From Candidatus Limnocylindria bacterium (lineage in GTDB: Bacteria > Chloroflexota > Limnocylindria > P2-11E), in the NCBI GenBank assembly GCA_041493915.1, contig JBGPZT010000003.1:1-59034 (forward strand): 59,034 nucleotides of DNA, given 5' to 3'. Below are positions 10,234 through 19,772 of the stretch, one piece after another. The position numbers were made by a program, and so were the translations under genes. The notes beneath the pieces are model-generated. The model was not told the DNA's origin. It made no database searches and worked only from the letters and a program-made list of their open reading frames with translations. The first letter of the stretch is position 1. The number at the start of each line of letters is the position of its first letter.

Positions 10234-11361
10234 TCATCGCCCGCGTGCGGCGACGTGAAGGCCGCCAAAGACCGCCGCAAGCGCTGAGAGGCAGATCCCG
10301 AGACTCGACACGCCGGTCGACTGCAATATGAGTCCGATGCCCGCGGGCAACACGGCGCCACCGATCATGCCGGCCGCGACCAGGTAGCCGATCACGTGCG
10401 GGGCCGCTTCGCGACCCACACGTCGTGGAATCAGATAAAGCAATAGCGGCACGAACACCGAGAGCGAAAGGCCGATGCTCGGCAATGCGAGGAGGGCGGC
10501 GACCGGTGCCGGGAGGATCCAGAAAGCGAGCGCGCTACCGATCGCGCCGGTGACGCTGAGATCGACGAGCTTCGCCGCTCGGATCCGAGCGCCGAAGAGC
10601 GCGAGTGCGATACGACCGGCCGCAAGTGCGGACCAGTAGAGGAAGACCGCGAGACCGGCGAGCCCGTCGGTCAGCACGCCGTCGGTGGTCAGGCGCGTGA
10701 AGCTCCATTGCCCCGCGCCGAGCTCGATGCCGACGTACACGAACATGAGAGCCGCGCCCATGACCGACGCCCGGCGGGCGCCGGTCGTAGCGATCGGCGC
10801 ATCTTCGCTTTCGGGAGTGGCCGCAAGGTCACCACGTGCGAGAAACGTCGCGATCGCGAAGGAGACGAATGCCAGCGCGGCGACCGCGTAGCCGAGCCGC
10901 CACGAGCCCGCCACCACGAGGACGAGCCCGATGAGCGGCGGACCGAGTGTCGCACCGACGGCCCACGACGCATGCAGTGCGCCCATGAAGCGGATGCCGC
11001 GTCGGAGGGCGGCTTCGGTGTTCACCGCCGCATCGAGCAAGCCGAGTCCCGCGCCGAGCACAGCGGCGGCGACGACGATCGTCGACCAGGTCTGCGCGAG
11101 GGCGAACAACAGAAGCCCGCCCGCGGCGAGCGCCGTCGGCAAGAGCAGCAGCGCGATCGTGCCAAATCGCTCCCGGACGATGCCCGACAGGGCACTCGAG
11201 CCGAACTCCGCCGCGGTCATTGCGGCGAGCACGAAGCCCAGCCCGGCGAGCGGGGCTTCGAGGTCCCCGCGTATCGACGGCCACGCGACGCCGAGCATCC
11301 CCGTCGGTAGTCCGAGGATCACGAAGCCGCCGAACGCGATGGTCGCGGTCCTCCTGCGCAT
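10234..11361 (-). CDS. MFS transporter
   Basis: About 12 hydrophobic segments; LGLP..LGVAWPSIR motif. Confidence 0.85.
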   Translation of the reverse strand: MRRRTATIAFGGFVILGLPTGMLGVAWPSIRGDLEAPLAGLGFVLAAMTAAEFGSSALSGIVRERFGTIALLLLPTALAAGGLLLFALAQTWSTIVVAAAVLGAGLGLLDAAVNTEAALRRGIRFMGALHASWAVGATLGPPLIGLVLVVAGSWRLGYAVAALAFVSFAIATFLARGDLAATPESEDAPIATTGARRASVMGAALMFVYVGIELGAGQWSFTRLTTDGVLTDGLAGLAVFLYWSALAAGRIALALFGARIRAAKLVDLSVTGAIGSALAFWILPAPVAALLALPSIGLSLSVFVPLLLYLIPRRVGREAAPHVIGYLVAAGMIGGAVLPAGIGLILQSTGVSSLGICLSALAAVFGGLHVAARGR

Positions 11362-11412
11362 CCCGCGAAACGTCAGGGCGTGGGTCGGATGTAGGGCGCG
11401 GGCCCATTCCTG

Positions 11413-11769
11413 TTAGCCATACGCATACCGCCTCACGGACTGAAGCAGACGCTCGAGGTCGAAGGGCTTGCCGAAGTACTCTTCGACGACCAGGTCTCTC
11501 GCGATCGGATCTCCCCTCGCAGCTCCGCTGATGACGATGACCTTCGCGCGGCCTCCCGAGCGCCGATATTGGGCGAGGAACTCCCCGCCGTTCATTCCGC
11601 CGCTCAGGAACAGGTCGAGCAGGATCAGATCGGGATCTCGCCTCGCGACCTCTGCCAACGCGACATAGCCGGTGGCCGCTTGGGCGACCTCGTAGCCGTT
11701 CTCGCGGAGGGCGAACGCCACCATCCGCATGGCATCGCCGTCATCTTCGACGACCAGGATCCGGCGCAT
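11413..11769 (-). CDS. Single-domain response regulator
   Basis: ILVVEDD, LLDL, KPF. Confidence 0.9.
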   Translation of the reverse strand: MRRILVVEDDGDAMRMVAFALRENGYEVAQAATGYVALAEVARRDPDLILLDLFLSGGMNGGEFLAQYRRSGGRAKVIVISGAARGDPIARDLVVEEYFGKPFDLERLLQSVRRYAYG

Positions 11770-11904
11770 TCGCGGAGAATAGAGGGCCTTGCCTCCTCAT
11801 TTCGGGGGTAACTGCAGCGGGCGGCGGAAGGTGCCGCATTTCGTAGTGGGTAGCGGGCCTAGGCCGTCCCTTACTGCGGCGCGACGTGGGGGCGACGGTT
11901 CCTT

Positions 11905-12275
11905 CTACTCCACGATCACCGTCGCGCGCATGCCCAGATCAGCGTGACCGGGCACGCTGCAGTACGCGTCGTAACGTCCGACCGCGAGGCTATGCAGTCC
12001 GACCGTCTTCGTCTCGCCCGGGTTGGCAACGATGTGAATGCCGAGCGCAGGAACGGTGAAGTCATGGACGACGCCCGTACTCGCGGGGTTCGTGAACGTG
12101 AGGTTCACCTCGGGGCCTTACCGGCGCCCATCATTCCGGGCCCCATCGGCCAGGATGCGCCCGAGCTCGTGGTCGCGAACGCCGTAGGCCCAGCGAACGC
12201 GGACACGACGAGCGCGAGAACGAGGAGCAGACCGGACGTGAGCGCGACGACGCCGGCGTTGCGCTGCGCTCTCAT
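11905..12275 (-). pseudogene. Cupredoxin pseudogene (internal deletion plus frameshift)
   Basis: N-part MRAQRN..GPGMMGAG stops at TGA about 12105; C-part HDFT..YCSVPGHADLGM lies in another frame; intact paralog at 14961-15473. Confidence 0.8.
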
Positions 12276-12511
12276 CGACCGCCTCCCTCGAGCGCCGCGC
12301 GACGGGTGCGGAACTCCTCGGCGTCGATCTCACCGCGAGCGAGGCGCTCCTCGAGGATCCGAACGGCAGAGCTGTGGCCGTCATCGCTCGCGCGCGTCGT
12401 CGACCGGCTCAGTGTGAGGACGAGCCAGACGATCCCGGCGATTACGAAGACCCAGAACAGCACCATGAAGAGACCGCCAAGACCGAACCAGTAGCCATTC
12501 ATCATCGGCAT
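12272..12511 (-). CDS. SHOCT domain membrane protein
   Basis: TM helix plus ILEERLARGEIDAEEF; GGAGG RBS. Confidence 0.85.
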   Translation of the reverse strand: MPMMNGYWFGLGGLFMVLFWVFVIAGIVWLVLTLSRSTTRASDDGHSSAVRILEERLARGEIDAEEFRTRRAALEGGGR

Positions 12512-12559
12512 GTTGCAGGGACCTCCAGTAGACCCTGCGATCAAGGCTCGCGCGCCGTG

Positions 12560-12643
12560 CTGAGCTACCCCTTGGCTCCCGCTGGTGCTGCGCTGAGAGC
12601 CGATTCTCAGAGCGCTCTAAGAGCAGCCCAAGCCAATCCCCAG
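12560..12643. promoter_or_regulatory. Mirror-image 4+4 MprA-box-like array
   Basis: CTGAGC,CTTGGC,CTGGTG,CTGAGA -N6- TCTCAG,TCTAAG,CCCAAG,CCCCAG, all at 11-bp period. Confidence 0.75.
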
Positions 12644-12745
12644 CGACGACCGCGAGCCTAGGCCGAACGGAGCTTCGCCACGAGACCGAGCGCAGGTCGT
12701 TCTTCTCGCCCGCGAGGGACCACGGCGGACACGCGCCTTGGTTCT

Positions 12746-12777
12746 GTGGCTTACGGTCGAATGCGGCGGTCTTGAAA
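12746..12777 (+). mobile_element. tRNA-Ser(TGA)-like 5' half fragment, putative att remnant
   Basis: GGTCGAATGCG-GCGGT-CTTGAAA resembles a D-arm, anticodon stem 5' strand and loop; similarity stops after the loop. Confidence 0.5.
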
Positions 12778-12831
12778 GACGCTGCAATGCCATTCTGCTG
12801 AGGCCGTGTTCATTGGGCTCTCGTGATGATC

Positions 12832-12854
12832 TGGTGCCAATCATGGTGCCAATC
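12832..12854 (+). repeat. Tandem direct repeat TGGTGCCAATC x2, possible integrase arm-type sites
   Basis: Perfect 11-mer at 12832 and 12844. Confidence 0.6.
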
Positions 12855-13462
12855 GCAACCTTCACGTCAGTTTGCTAGTGGCGCTGCCGACACCGCGGTT
12901 CCTGTAGAACGCGATCCAACCGCGTTCGGGGCGTCGGCTGCGACGGACGCGCCCTCATGGCTTGGCAAGCCAGCGCGAAGTCGTGTGAGGACTGCACGGA
13001 GATGGCCCCGCCGCGCGGGACCATCTCCGTGCGGGTGCGCTACTTCGGCTTCGGGGTGGTCGGCTTTGTCGTCGTGCTCGAACAGCAGGCTCCGCAACAG
13101 TTGCCGCACGCGCAGGCCATCTAGCAACCTCCAACCGTTTCTCCCTGAGACTGTATTCGCCGTACGGCTGGCGGCTTCATAACATCAGCGCATACGACTC
13201 AGGGTCCGGTCGAACGGGGGCGAACCAATACGCTGCGATTCGACCGGTTGCTGCGGATCGAACGAAGCTCGGTCGCGGCGGCGCGTAGCGACTTTACGAG
13301 GCGAGCCGGGGAACTCTGCCGCAGTCGGCTCGCATTTAGGGCGTCGGCGGCCGGCGCCGTTGCGTCGATCTCGATCATCTTCGAGTCGCTCGTCCCCGCA
13401 TCGCCTACTGCCGCCCCTGCCGCAGCACGGATTCGCAGAAGGCGGGGCACACCGGGTGTCGC

Positions 13463-13993
13463 TCAGCTACACGCGACACGTGTGAAATCGCCTTGGCTCT
13501 CGATCTCTTCGACGGTCCACATCGTCTTGATGTAGGCGAGGATCTGGTCGAGCTGTTGACCCGAGAGCTTACCTCTGAACGCTGGCATCTGGGGCGTATC
13601 GGGGCTGACCGGCGGGTCGCCGCCTTCTAGCACGTACGCCTTGATCTGGCAGTCCGCGTGGTGCCAAGTGTGACCGATGGCAGTGTGCACCGGCACGTGA
13701 GCAATGGGTGCGCCGCCGATCGGTCCGCCATGGCAGCTGTAGCAGTTCGCGCCGTAGAGCACGGCACCGCTGCGCTCCTGCGGCGAGAGATTCGTACGGG
13801 TCAGTAGTTGGGCCGGCACCGTCTGGATGGCGGAGAAACTTGCGCCCGCCCCCAGCATCAGCCAGACAAAGGCACCGGCGACGAGAACGAAAACGACTCC
13901 CACGATGAGGCCGATGACGATTCCGGGCCCGCGTCGATGTCCGCGTGAGCCGCTGAGCCCGCCGCCAGCTGGGCGAGCTTCATGATCATGCAC
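13463..13993 (-). CDS. Membrane-anchored cytochrome c
   Basis: CYSCH, GHTWHH, MPAF distal Met; N-terminal TM helix; start uncertain. Confidence 0.85.
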   Translation of the reverse strand: MHDHEARPAGGGLSGSRGHRRGPGIVIGLIVGVVFVLVAGAFVWLMLGAGASFSAIQTVPAQLLTRTNLSPQERSGAVLYGANCYSCHGGPIGGAPIAHVPVHTAIGHTWHHADCQIKAYVLEGGDPPVSPDTPQMPAFRGKLSGQQLDQILAYIKTMWTVEEIESQGDFTRVACS

Positions 13994-14317
13994 AGACCCG
14001 CCGTCTACGAGCGCGGATAGTACGCGCGCTTGGACTACCTGCTGTGTCCTCGCTAGGCCACGCTGAGCTCTTGGTTTTCCGTCGCTGTCTCGACCCCATC
14101 GCATTGAGAAGCGCGCCTTGGCGAACGCAGGCCGAAGGCCTCAAGCGTCTCGAGGCCGATCTCAGGGACCAGCAGCCAAACATGGCCTCCAGCGGCGTCC
14201 GCCGGGCAATAGGCGCCGCAGTCCCTGTGCGTCGTTAACCGCAGTTGGGGCTTCTGATGCCGGTGATGGTCCGGCCGAATGCAGACGTATGAGATGCACG
14301 GCTCGGACGTGTTGTGC

Positions 14318-14959
14318 CTACCTGCCCAGGCTACGCATGAGCTGGTCTCCGACGCTTTGAAGCAGGGAGCCGACCGAACGCGTGCGTTGGCCCGCGTCCA
14401 CCAGCTGATCGGCACCACTGCGCAGCAGCGCTGCGTCCGCAGCTGTGATGTCCGTCTCGCTCACGCGCGCCAGCTCCTCCATAGCCAGCCCGTGCTCGCG
14501 CATCGCCTGTCCGTGCGTCACGAGTCCATCGCCTTCCGCGACCAGCCCATCGCCGACGCTGTGGATGAAACTGAGGTCCGAACGCACGGTGCTCCCGGGA
14601 TACGCACCGAGCAGTCGAGCCTGGCTGTCGATGAGTCTCGCTGTCGTCTCGAGGCGTGACGCGTCGGCGATCATCTGGCGGGCGTCGCTCGTCCAGTGGT
14701 CGCGGTGCGGACTCTCCGAGCTCGTGGTCAATTGGAGGAGCTGCTCGCCTTGACTGCGCATCGTGGTCGCGTGCGCCGACATCGCGTCGCGCGTGGCTCG
14801 GAGCTCGGCCTGCGCTCCGGCGAGGGTCTCTTCCGTAGTGCGCTCGCCCAACACTGCGGCGGAAAAGAGAAGGAAGACCAGTGCGATCGCGACGCCGACC
14901 GGCACGAGGACGCGCGGCATCGCAAGCCACGACGCCCTCGGCGCGATCGCGTGGCTCAT
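14318..14959 (-). CDS. Membrane-anchored helical Met/His-containing protein
   Basis: ATG 1 nt after the cupredoxin stop; TM then helical region with MSAHATTM, HGQAMREHGLAM. Confidence 0.7.
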   Translation of the reverse strand: MSHAIAPRASWLAMPRVLVPVGVAIALVFLLFSAAVLGERTTEETLAGAQAELRATRDAMSAHATTMRSQGEQLLQLTTSSESPHRDHWTSDARQMIADASRLETTARLIDSQARLLGAYPGSTVRSDLSFIHSVGDGLVAEGDGLVTHGQAMREHGLAMEELARVSETDITAADAALLRSGADQLVDAGQRTRSVGSLLQSVGDQLMRSLGR

Positions 14960-14960
14960 G

Positions 14961-15473
14961 TCACTCGACCACGACCGTGGCTCGCATTCCGAGATCGGCG
15001 TGACCCGGCACGCTGCAGTAGGCGTCATAGCGTCCGGCCGTGAGGCCGCGCAGCCCGACCGTGTGGGTCTCACCCGCGTTGGCAACGATGTGGATGCCGA
15101 GCGCAGGCACGGTGAGGTCATGCACGACGCCGTTCGCGGCTGGGTTGACGAGGGTGAGATTCACGTCCGCGCTCTTCGATAGCCGGATCTCGTTCGGCGT
15201 GAAGCTGAAGTTCGCCACCTGCACGCGGACTTCGGTCGCACCGGGGATCGCGCTGGCGGGAGGCCCCGAGGTGCCGAAGCCCATCATGCCGGGACCCATC
15301 ATTCCCGGCCCCATGTGGCCGGCGCCCATCATGCCCGGTCCTATCTGCCACGCCGTCGACGGATCGTTGCCGAAGGCGCCGGTCGCGCCGGCGAACGCCG
15401 AGCCGGCCACGGCGAAGACGAGAAGGAGCCCCGCGATCAGCGCGGTAAGGCCAGCGATACGTTGGGCGTTCAC
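14961..15473 (-). CDS. Cupredoxin (type-1 Cu) with GPGMMG repeats
   Basis: HDL...YCSVPGHADLGM ligands; signal/TM segment. Confidence 0.9.
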   Translation of the reverse strand: MNAQRIAGLTALIAGLLLVFAVAGSAFAGATGAFGNDPSTAWQIGPGMMGAGHMGPGMMGPGMMGFGTSGPPASAIPGATEVRVQVANFSFTPNEIRLSKSADVNLTLVNPAANGVVHDLTVPALGIHIVANAGETHTVGLRGLTAGRYDAYCSVPGHADLGMRATVVVE

Positions 15474-15703
15474 GGTTTGGCTTCCGCGATCGCGGCGCGG
15501 CGGACCCGGAACTCCTCTGCGTCGATCTCGCCTCGCGCAAGCCGCTCCTCGAGGATGCGCATCGCTCCGCTTTGACTCTCGCTGCCGCGGGCCTGCGACC
15601 GGCTGAGCATGAGCACGAGCCACACGACCAGCGCGATGACGAAGACCCAGAACAGCAGCATGACGAGACCGCCGATTCCGAACGAGGAGCCGTACATCAT
15701 CAC
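15470..15703 (-). CDS. SHOCT domain membrane protein
   Basis: ILEERLARGEIDAEEF. Confidence 0.85.
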   Translation of the reverse strand: MMMYGSSFGIGGLVMLLFWVFVIALVVWLVLMLSRSQARGSESQSGAMRILEERLARGEIDAEEFRVRRAAIAEAKP

Positions 15704-15746
15704 CAGGGACCTCCAGTTGACCCTGATCGCAGCGTGACACCGCGGC

Positions 15747-15830
15747 CTGAGGCGTGACTTGGGGCCCGCTGGCAGAGCGCTGAGAAAGCCTTCTCAGCGC
15801 GCTTTAAGGCTCGACCAAGGGGCGCTCCAG
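15747..15830. promoter_or_regulatory. Mirror-image 4+4 MprA-box-like array in divergent promoter
   Basis: CTGAGG,CTTGGG,CTGGCA,CTGAGA -N6- TCTCAG,TTTAAG,ACCAAG,CTCCAG at 11-bp period. Confidence 0.78.
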
Positions 15831-15878
15831 CCAGGCCCGCGAGGCTACGAGCAACGCGCCGCGTGATGCGAGAAAGGG

Positions 15879-16988
15879 ATGATCGGCATGGCGACCTCCG
15901 CACCGGCTCCGACGACTGTGACCGCACCTGGCAATCCCCTTGGTCGTATCTGGGACTGGTTCTCCGACCGCGCGGGCCTTGCGGCTCTGGCGTACCCCGT
16001 GCCGGCGCACGCGAACCGTCTTGGGTACACCCTCGGCGGGATCAGCTTCGTCGGCTTCCTCGTGCTCGCCCTCAGCGGTTTCTGGCTCGCGCAGTTCTAC
16101 GACCCGATGCCCGAGCACGCTCGCGGCTCGCTGGAGTTCATCCAGAACGACGCCGCGCTCGGCGCCTTCGTGCGCGGCCTCCACTTCTGGGTCGCGAACA
16201 TCGTCGTGATCACGGTCTTCCTGCACATGGTCCGCGTGTTCGCGACCGCATCGTTCAAGCGACCTCGTGAGCTGAACTGGATCTGCGGTGTTGCGCTCCT
16301 GGGCGTGACGATCGCGTTCGCTTTCACCGGCTCGGTCCTCAAGTGGGATCAGGAGGCCTGGGAGGCGCTTCAGCACAACCTCGAGGTCGCTGCGGTCCTC
16401 GGCGGGCTTGGCACGTTCTTTTCGGAGTCGTTCACCCAGGCCGTTCCGGTGCTCGCGCGCCTGTACGCCGCGCACGTGAGCATCCTCCCGCTCATCGCCA
16501 CGCTGCTCTTCGTTTCGCATTTCTTCCAGGTCAAGCACCACGGCATCTCGCCACTCCCGGCAGCGGCCGACCATGATGAGGCACCCGAGGGCAAGGTCCA
16601 GGCCTCCCAGCTCACGGCCCGCTACCTCGGGCACCTCGGGCGCATGTTCGGCTTCGGCCTTCTCATCGCCGCGATCGCAGCGGTGCTCGGTCTGATCTTC
16701 CCGGCCACGCTGGGCGAGGCGCCGGATCCGTCGATGGAGGTCACCAAGCCGCCGTTCTTCTTCTACTGGCTCTACGCCTTCGAGGACTGGTTCGGCCTCC
16801 GGGCGATCCTCTACGGCGGCGTCTCCTTCTTCGCGGTGCTGCTCCTCGTGCCGTTCGTGGATCGCTCGCCGTGGCGCAGTCTGCGCCGACGGCCTGTCTT
16901 CGCCGCGCTCGGTGGACTCGCACTCGTCGCACTCGTGGTGTTGTCGTTCATCGTCTTCTTCTCGCCGGTCGTGGAGCACCTGGAATAG
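15879..16988 (+). CDS. Cytochrome b/b6-like protein (bc-complex family), no Rieske gene nearby
   Basis: LGG..F, RGLH...LHM, FTGSVLKWDQ, AAH...SHF; four heme His. Confidence 0.9.
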   Translation: MIGMATSAPAPTTVTAPGNPLGRIWDWFSDRAGLAALAYPVPAHANRLGYTLGGISFVGFLVLALSGFWLAQFYDPMPEHARGSLEFIQNDAALGAFVRGLHFWVANIVVITVFLHMVRVFATASFKRPRELNWICGVALLGVTIAFAFTGSVLKWDQEAWEALQHNLEVAAVLGGLGTFFSESFTQAVPVLARLYAAHVSILPLIATLLFVSHFFQVKHHGISPLPAAADHDEAPEGKVQASQLTARYLGHLGRMFGFGLLIAAIAAVLGLIFPATLGEAPDPSMEVTKPPFFFYWLYAFEDWFGLRAILYGGVSFFAVLLLVPFVDRSPWRSLRRRPVFAALGGLALVALVVLSFIVFFSPVVEHLE

Positions 16989-16990
16989 CC

Positions 16991-17185
16991 GTGCGTACCG
17001 TCGCCTTCTGGCTCTGGTTCGTGGTCGCAACGGCGGCGCTCGGGCGCCTCTGGTGGACGGTCGATCATGGCGGCCTCTTCGTTCGCTTCGGTGCGGCAGA
17101 CGCGATCGCGCTCGTGGCGCTCCTCGTGTCAGGCTTCGTGTTGGCGCGCGTCGAGTACGAAACCGCGCGGGTCGGGCGGAAGTAA
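16991..17185 (+). CDS. Small 2-TM membrane protein
   Basis: Fills the operon gap exactly; hydrophobic. Confidence 0.65.
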   Translation: MRTVAFWLWFVVATAALGRLWWTVDHGGLFVRFGAADAIALVALLVSGFVLARVEYETARVGRK

Positions 17186-17836
17186 GTGGACGCGTCGGTC
17201 GCGCTCGCCAGCGCATATCTCGAGCTCAACGGCTTCTTCGTCCTTACCGAGCTGCCGGTCCAGATCGCCGACCGACAGGGCTACCGCACGGCGACGGACC
17301 TCGACGTGCTCGCGGTGCGCCTGCCGCATGCGGCGGAGCTCGTGCCCGCGGCGCGTGCCCCCGCCCACGACCTCCTGCTGGGTCAGGACTCGCTGCTCGA
17401 GACCGATCGTTGGAGGACAGAGGTGCTGATCGCCGAGGTCAAACGTGGCCGGGCGCATATCAACGAGGGCTACCACGATCCCGCGGTGCTGCGGTTCGCG
17501 CTCCGGCGGACGGGCTGCTGTCCCACGGAGATGCTCGACGCGCACGCCGCCACTCTCGCCCAGAGCGGCGCGATCGAGACCAAGAGCGCCGACGGTCATC
17601 CCTGCCGCATCCGCATCGCCTCGTTCGCCGGTCAGCCGGCGCCGCTTTCGGGTGGCGTCCTCTCGATCGGCCTCGCACATTGCATCGCCTTCATCCGCGA
17701 GCGCCTCGAGCATTACCAGCCGCAGTTGCGCGGCGCGTACTTCCGCGACCCCGTGCTGAACCTACTGGGACTCGTCGCTCTGCTATCGGCGGTGCCACAG
17801 AAGGAGAAAGAGAAGGAGAGCGTGCATGCCTCGTAA
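17186..17836 (+). CDS. Hypothetical protein with PD-(D/E)xK-like motif
   Basis: AYLELNGF..E...TDLDVLAVR...IAEVK. Confidence 0.65.
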   Translation: MDASVALASAYLELNGFFVLTELPVQIADRQGYRTATDLDVLAVRLPHAAELVPAARAPAHDLLLGQDSLLETDRWRTEVLIAEVKRGRAHINEGYHDPAVLRFALRRTGCCPTEMLDAHAATLAQSGAIETKSADGHPCRIRIASFAGQPAPLSGGVLSIGLAHCIAFIRERLEHYQPQLRGAYFRDPVLNLLGLVALLSAVPQKEKEKESVHAS

Positions 17837-18266
17837 GCAACCGCAGCGGCGTTCATCGAACCTGCGTCTCCGCATCGCCATCTTCGCGATCCTCGCCCTG
17901 GCCGTCGCGGGTGGCGCCGCTTACGCACTCTGGCCCAAGGAGCTTGCGACAGCGGACGCCGCACCCGTTGACGTGACCATGCGGATCGACATGAGCGGCT
18001 TCACGCCGCCGACGATCTCAGCGCCGGCCAATCGGCTGGTCCGTGTCCGGATCGTGAATCCCGACAGCAGCCATCACAGCGACGGCGGCGGCGTGCACGG
18101 CTTCACCATCGTGAAGCTTGGTGTCGACGCCAAAATCCAACCCGAGACGACCCAGGTCGTCACGATCCCGCCTTCTGCCGCCGGTGAGTACGCCTTCTAC
18201 TGCGACACGTGCTGCGGGGGCAAGGAAAACCCGGCGATGCAGGGCGTGTTGAAGCTCAAGGCATGA
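17826..18266 (+). CDS. Membrane-anchored cupredoxin with atypical CuA-like loop
   Basis: VHGF...FYCDTCCGGKENPAM. Confidence 0.85.
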   Translation: MPRKQPQRRSSNLRLRIAIFAILALAVAGGAAYALWPKELATADAAPVDVTMRIDMSGFTPPTISAPANRLVRVRIVNPDSSHHSDGGGVHGFTIVKLGVDAKIQPETTQVVTIPPSAAGEYAFYCDTCCGGKENPAMQGVLKLKA

Positions 18267-18970
18267 GCGGCGTCGATCTCAATCTGGCCACCGTCGTCCT
18301 CGCCGGCCTGGTCGACGGCATCAACCCCTGTGCGATCGCCGTGCTGCTCGTCTTCGTCTCCGCCACGCTCCTCGCCGTCGGCGCGACGATGGAGGGCGGG
18401 CTCGGCGAGCGCCGGCGCGCGCTCTTCAAGGGCGGCGCCGCCTATGTGACCGGCATGTTCATCACCTACCTCTTGATCGGTCTCGGCCTCATGGGCTTTG
18501 CCGGCGCGCTTCGCCAGGACCACCTCGGCACGAAGATCTTCGCCGTCGTCGCGATCGGTTGGAGCGTCCTCGCGTTGCAAGAAGCGCTACTGCCGGAGCT
18601 CGGCGAGCGGTTGCGTATGCCGCCGATGCTGCACAGCCGGGCGCAGAGTTGGGTGCAGCGCGCCTCGCTCCCGGGTCTCTTCGTTGCCGGCTCGCTCATC
18701 GGCCTCTGCACCGTGCCCTGCTCCGGGAACGTCTATCTCGCCGTGCTCGCGCTCCTGTCGAGCCGTGCCGACCTTGGACAGGCGCTTGGCTACCTCGTCA
18801 TCTACAACCTCGCCTTCGTCGTGCCGCTCATCGCGCTCCTGGGCGCTGCGGCCACGCCCGTGGCGATGCGCGCGCTCGCGCGCTGGCAGTTGCACAACCG
18901 CGCGGCACTGAAGCTCGCGCTCGGCCTGACGACGGCGCTCGTCTCGCTCGCAGCGTTGGCGGTCGTCTAA
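18263..18970 (+). CDS. CcdA/DsbD-like transmembrane thiol-disulfide transporter
   Basis: DGINPCA and LCTVPCSG; about 6 TM. Confidence 0.8.
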   Translation: MSGVDLNLATVVLAGLVDGINPCAIAVLLVFVSATLLAVGATMEGGLGERRRALFKGGAAYVTGMFITYLLIGLGLMGFAGALRQDHLGTKIFAVVAIGWSVLALQEALLPELGERLRMPPMLHSRAQSWVQRASLPGLFVAGSLIGLCTVPCSGNVYLAVLALLSSRADLGQALGYLVIYNLAFVVPLIALLGAAATPVAMRALARWQLHNRAALKLALGLTTALVSLAALAVV

Positions 18971-18974
18971 AGCG

Positions 18975-19772
18975 ATGACGGTCGACATCGATCCGGTCAT
19001 CGTCCATCTCGGTCCGTTCGCCCTCGGCTGGTACGGCTTATTCGTCGCGCTCGCCATCGGGGTCGGCATGTGGCTCGCGTTCCATGAGGCGCGCCGCAGG
19101 GGCCTGCCGATGCAACAGATGGAGTCGCTTGCGACGTGGGTCTTCGTCGGCGGCGTGGCCGGCGCGCGGGCGCTCCACGTCATCGACCGCTGGGATCTGT
19201 ACGCGGCCCAGCCACACATGATCTTTGCGATCTGGAACGGCGGGCTCGCGATCATGGGTGCCGTATTGGGTGGGACGCTCGCCGGTCTCTTCGTCGCCTG
19301 GCGGCGCGGCCTACCGGTGCGCGCGATCTCCGATGCCGCCGCGCCCGGTGTGATCCTCGGTCAGGCTATCGGGCGCTTCGCGTGTCTCTTCACCGGAGAT
19401 GCCGTGGGCCGCGCGACTACCGGTATCGGGATCACCTACCTGAACCCGGGCGCGATGGTCCCACAGCTCGGCGTGGCGTACGAGCCGGTGTTCGTGTATG
19501 AGATGGCCTGGGACCTCGGGGTCTTCGCCGTGCTCTGGTGGCTGCGCCCGCGGCTGCGCGTCGAGGGGCAGCTCTTCGCCGTCTACCTCGCGCTCTACGC
19601 GATCGGGAAGTTCGCGCTCACCTTCCGTCGGGCCGAGACGGTCTGGATCGCCGGTCTCCAGGAGGCGCAGCTCCTCTCCCTCGCCGCCCTGGGCCTCGCT
19701 GCGCTCTGGGGATGGTCGAGTCTGCGCGCGCACACGGTCGCCGGCCTCTCCGCGCAGAGGACGCGGTCATGA
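18975..19772 (+). CDS. lgt: Prolipoprotein diacylglyceryl transferase
   Basis: IDPV..LGP..WYG, GAR, IWNGGL, GQAIGR; some canonical residues are altered. Confidence 0.8.
   Translation: MTVDIDPVIVHLGPFALGWYGLFVALAIGVGMWLAFHEARRRGLPMQQMESLATWVFVGGVAGARALHVIDRWDLYAAQPHMIFAIWNGGLAIMGAVLGGTLAGLFVAWRRGLPVRAISDAAAPGVILGQAIGRFACLFTGDAVGRATTGIGITYLNPGAMVPQLGVAYEPVFVYEMAWDLGVFAVLWWLRPRLRVEGQLFAVYLALYAIGKFALTFRRAETVWIAGLQEAQLLSLAALGLAALWGWSSLRAHTVAGLSAQRTRS

Noticed and set aside
12867-13460. Short ORFs between the att-like site and cytochrome c
   Set aside because: No RBS or recognisable motif; probably decayed sequence
14030-14070. Possible TCTCAG-type array upstream of cytochrome c
   Set aside because: Poor hexamers and phase off by one base
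15280-15340. Repeated ATGATGGG units
   Set aside because: Coding GPGMMG repeats of the cupredoxin, not a DNA element
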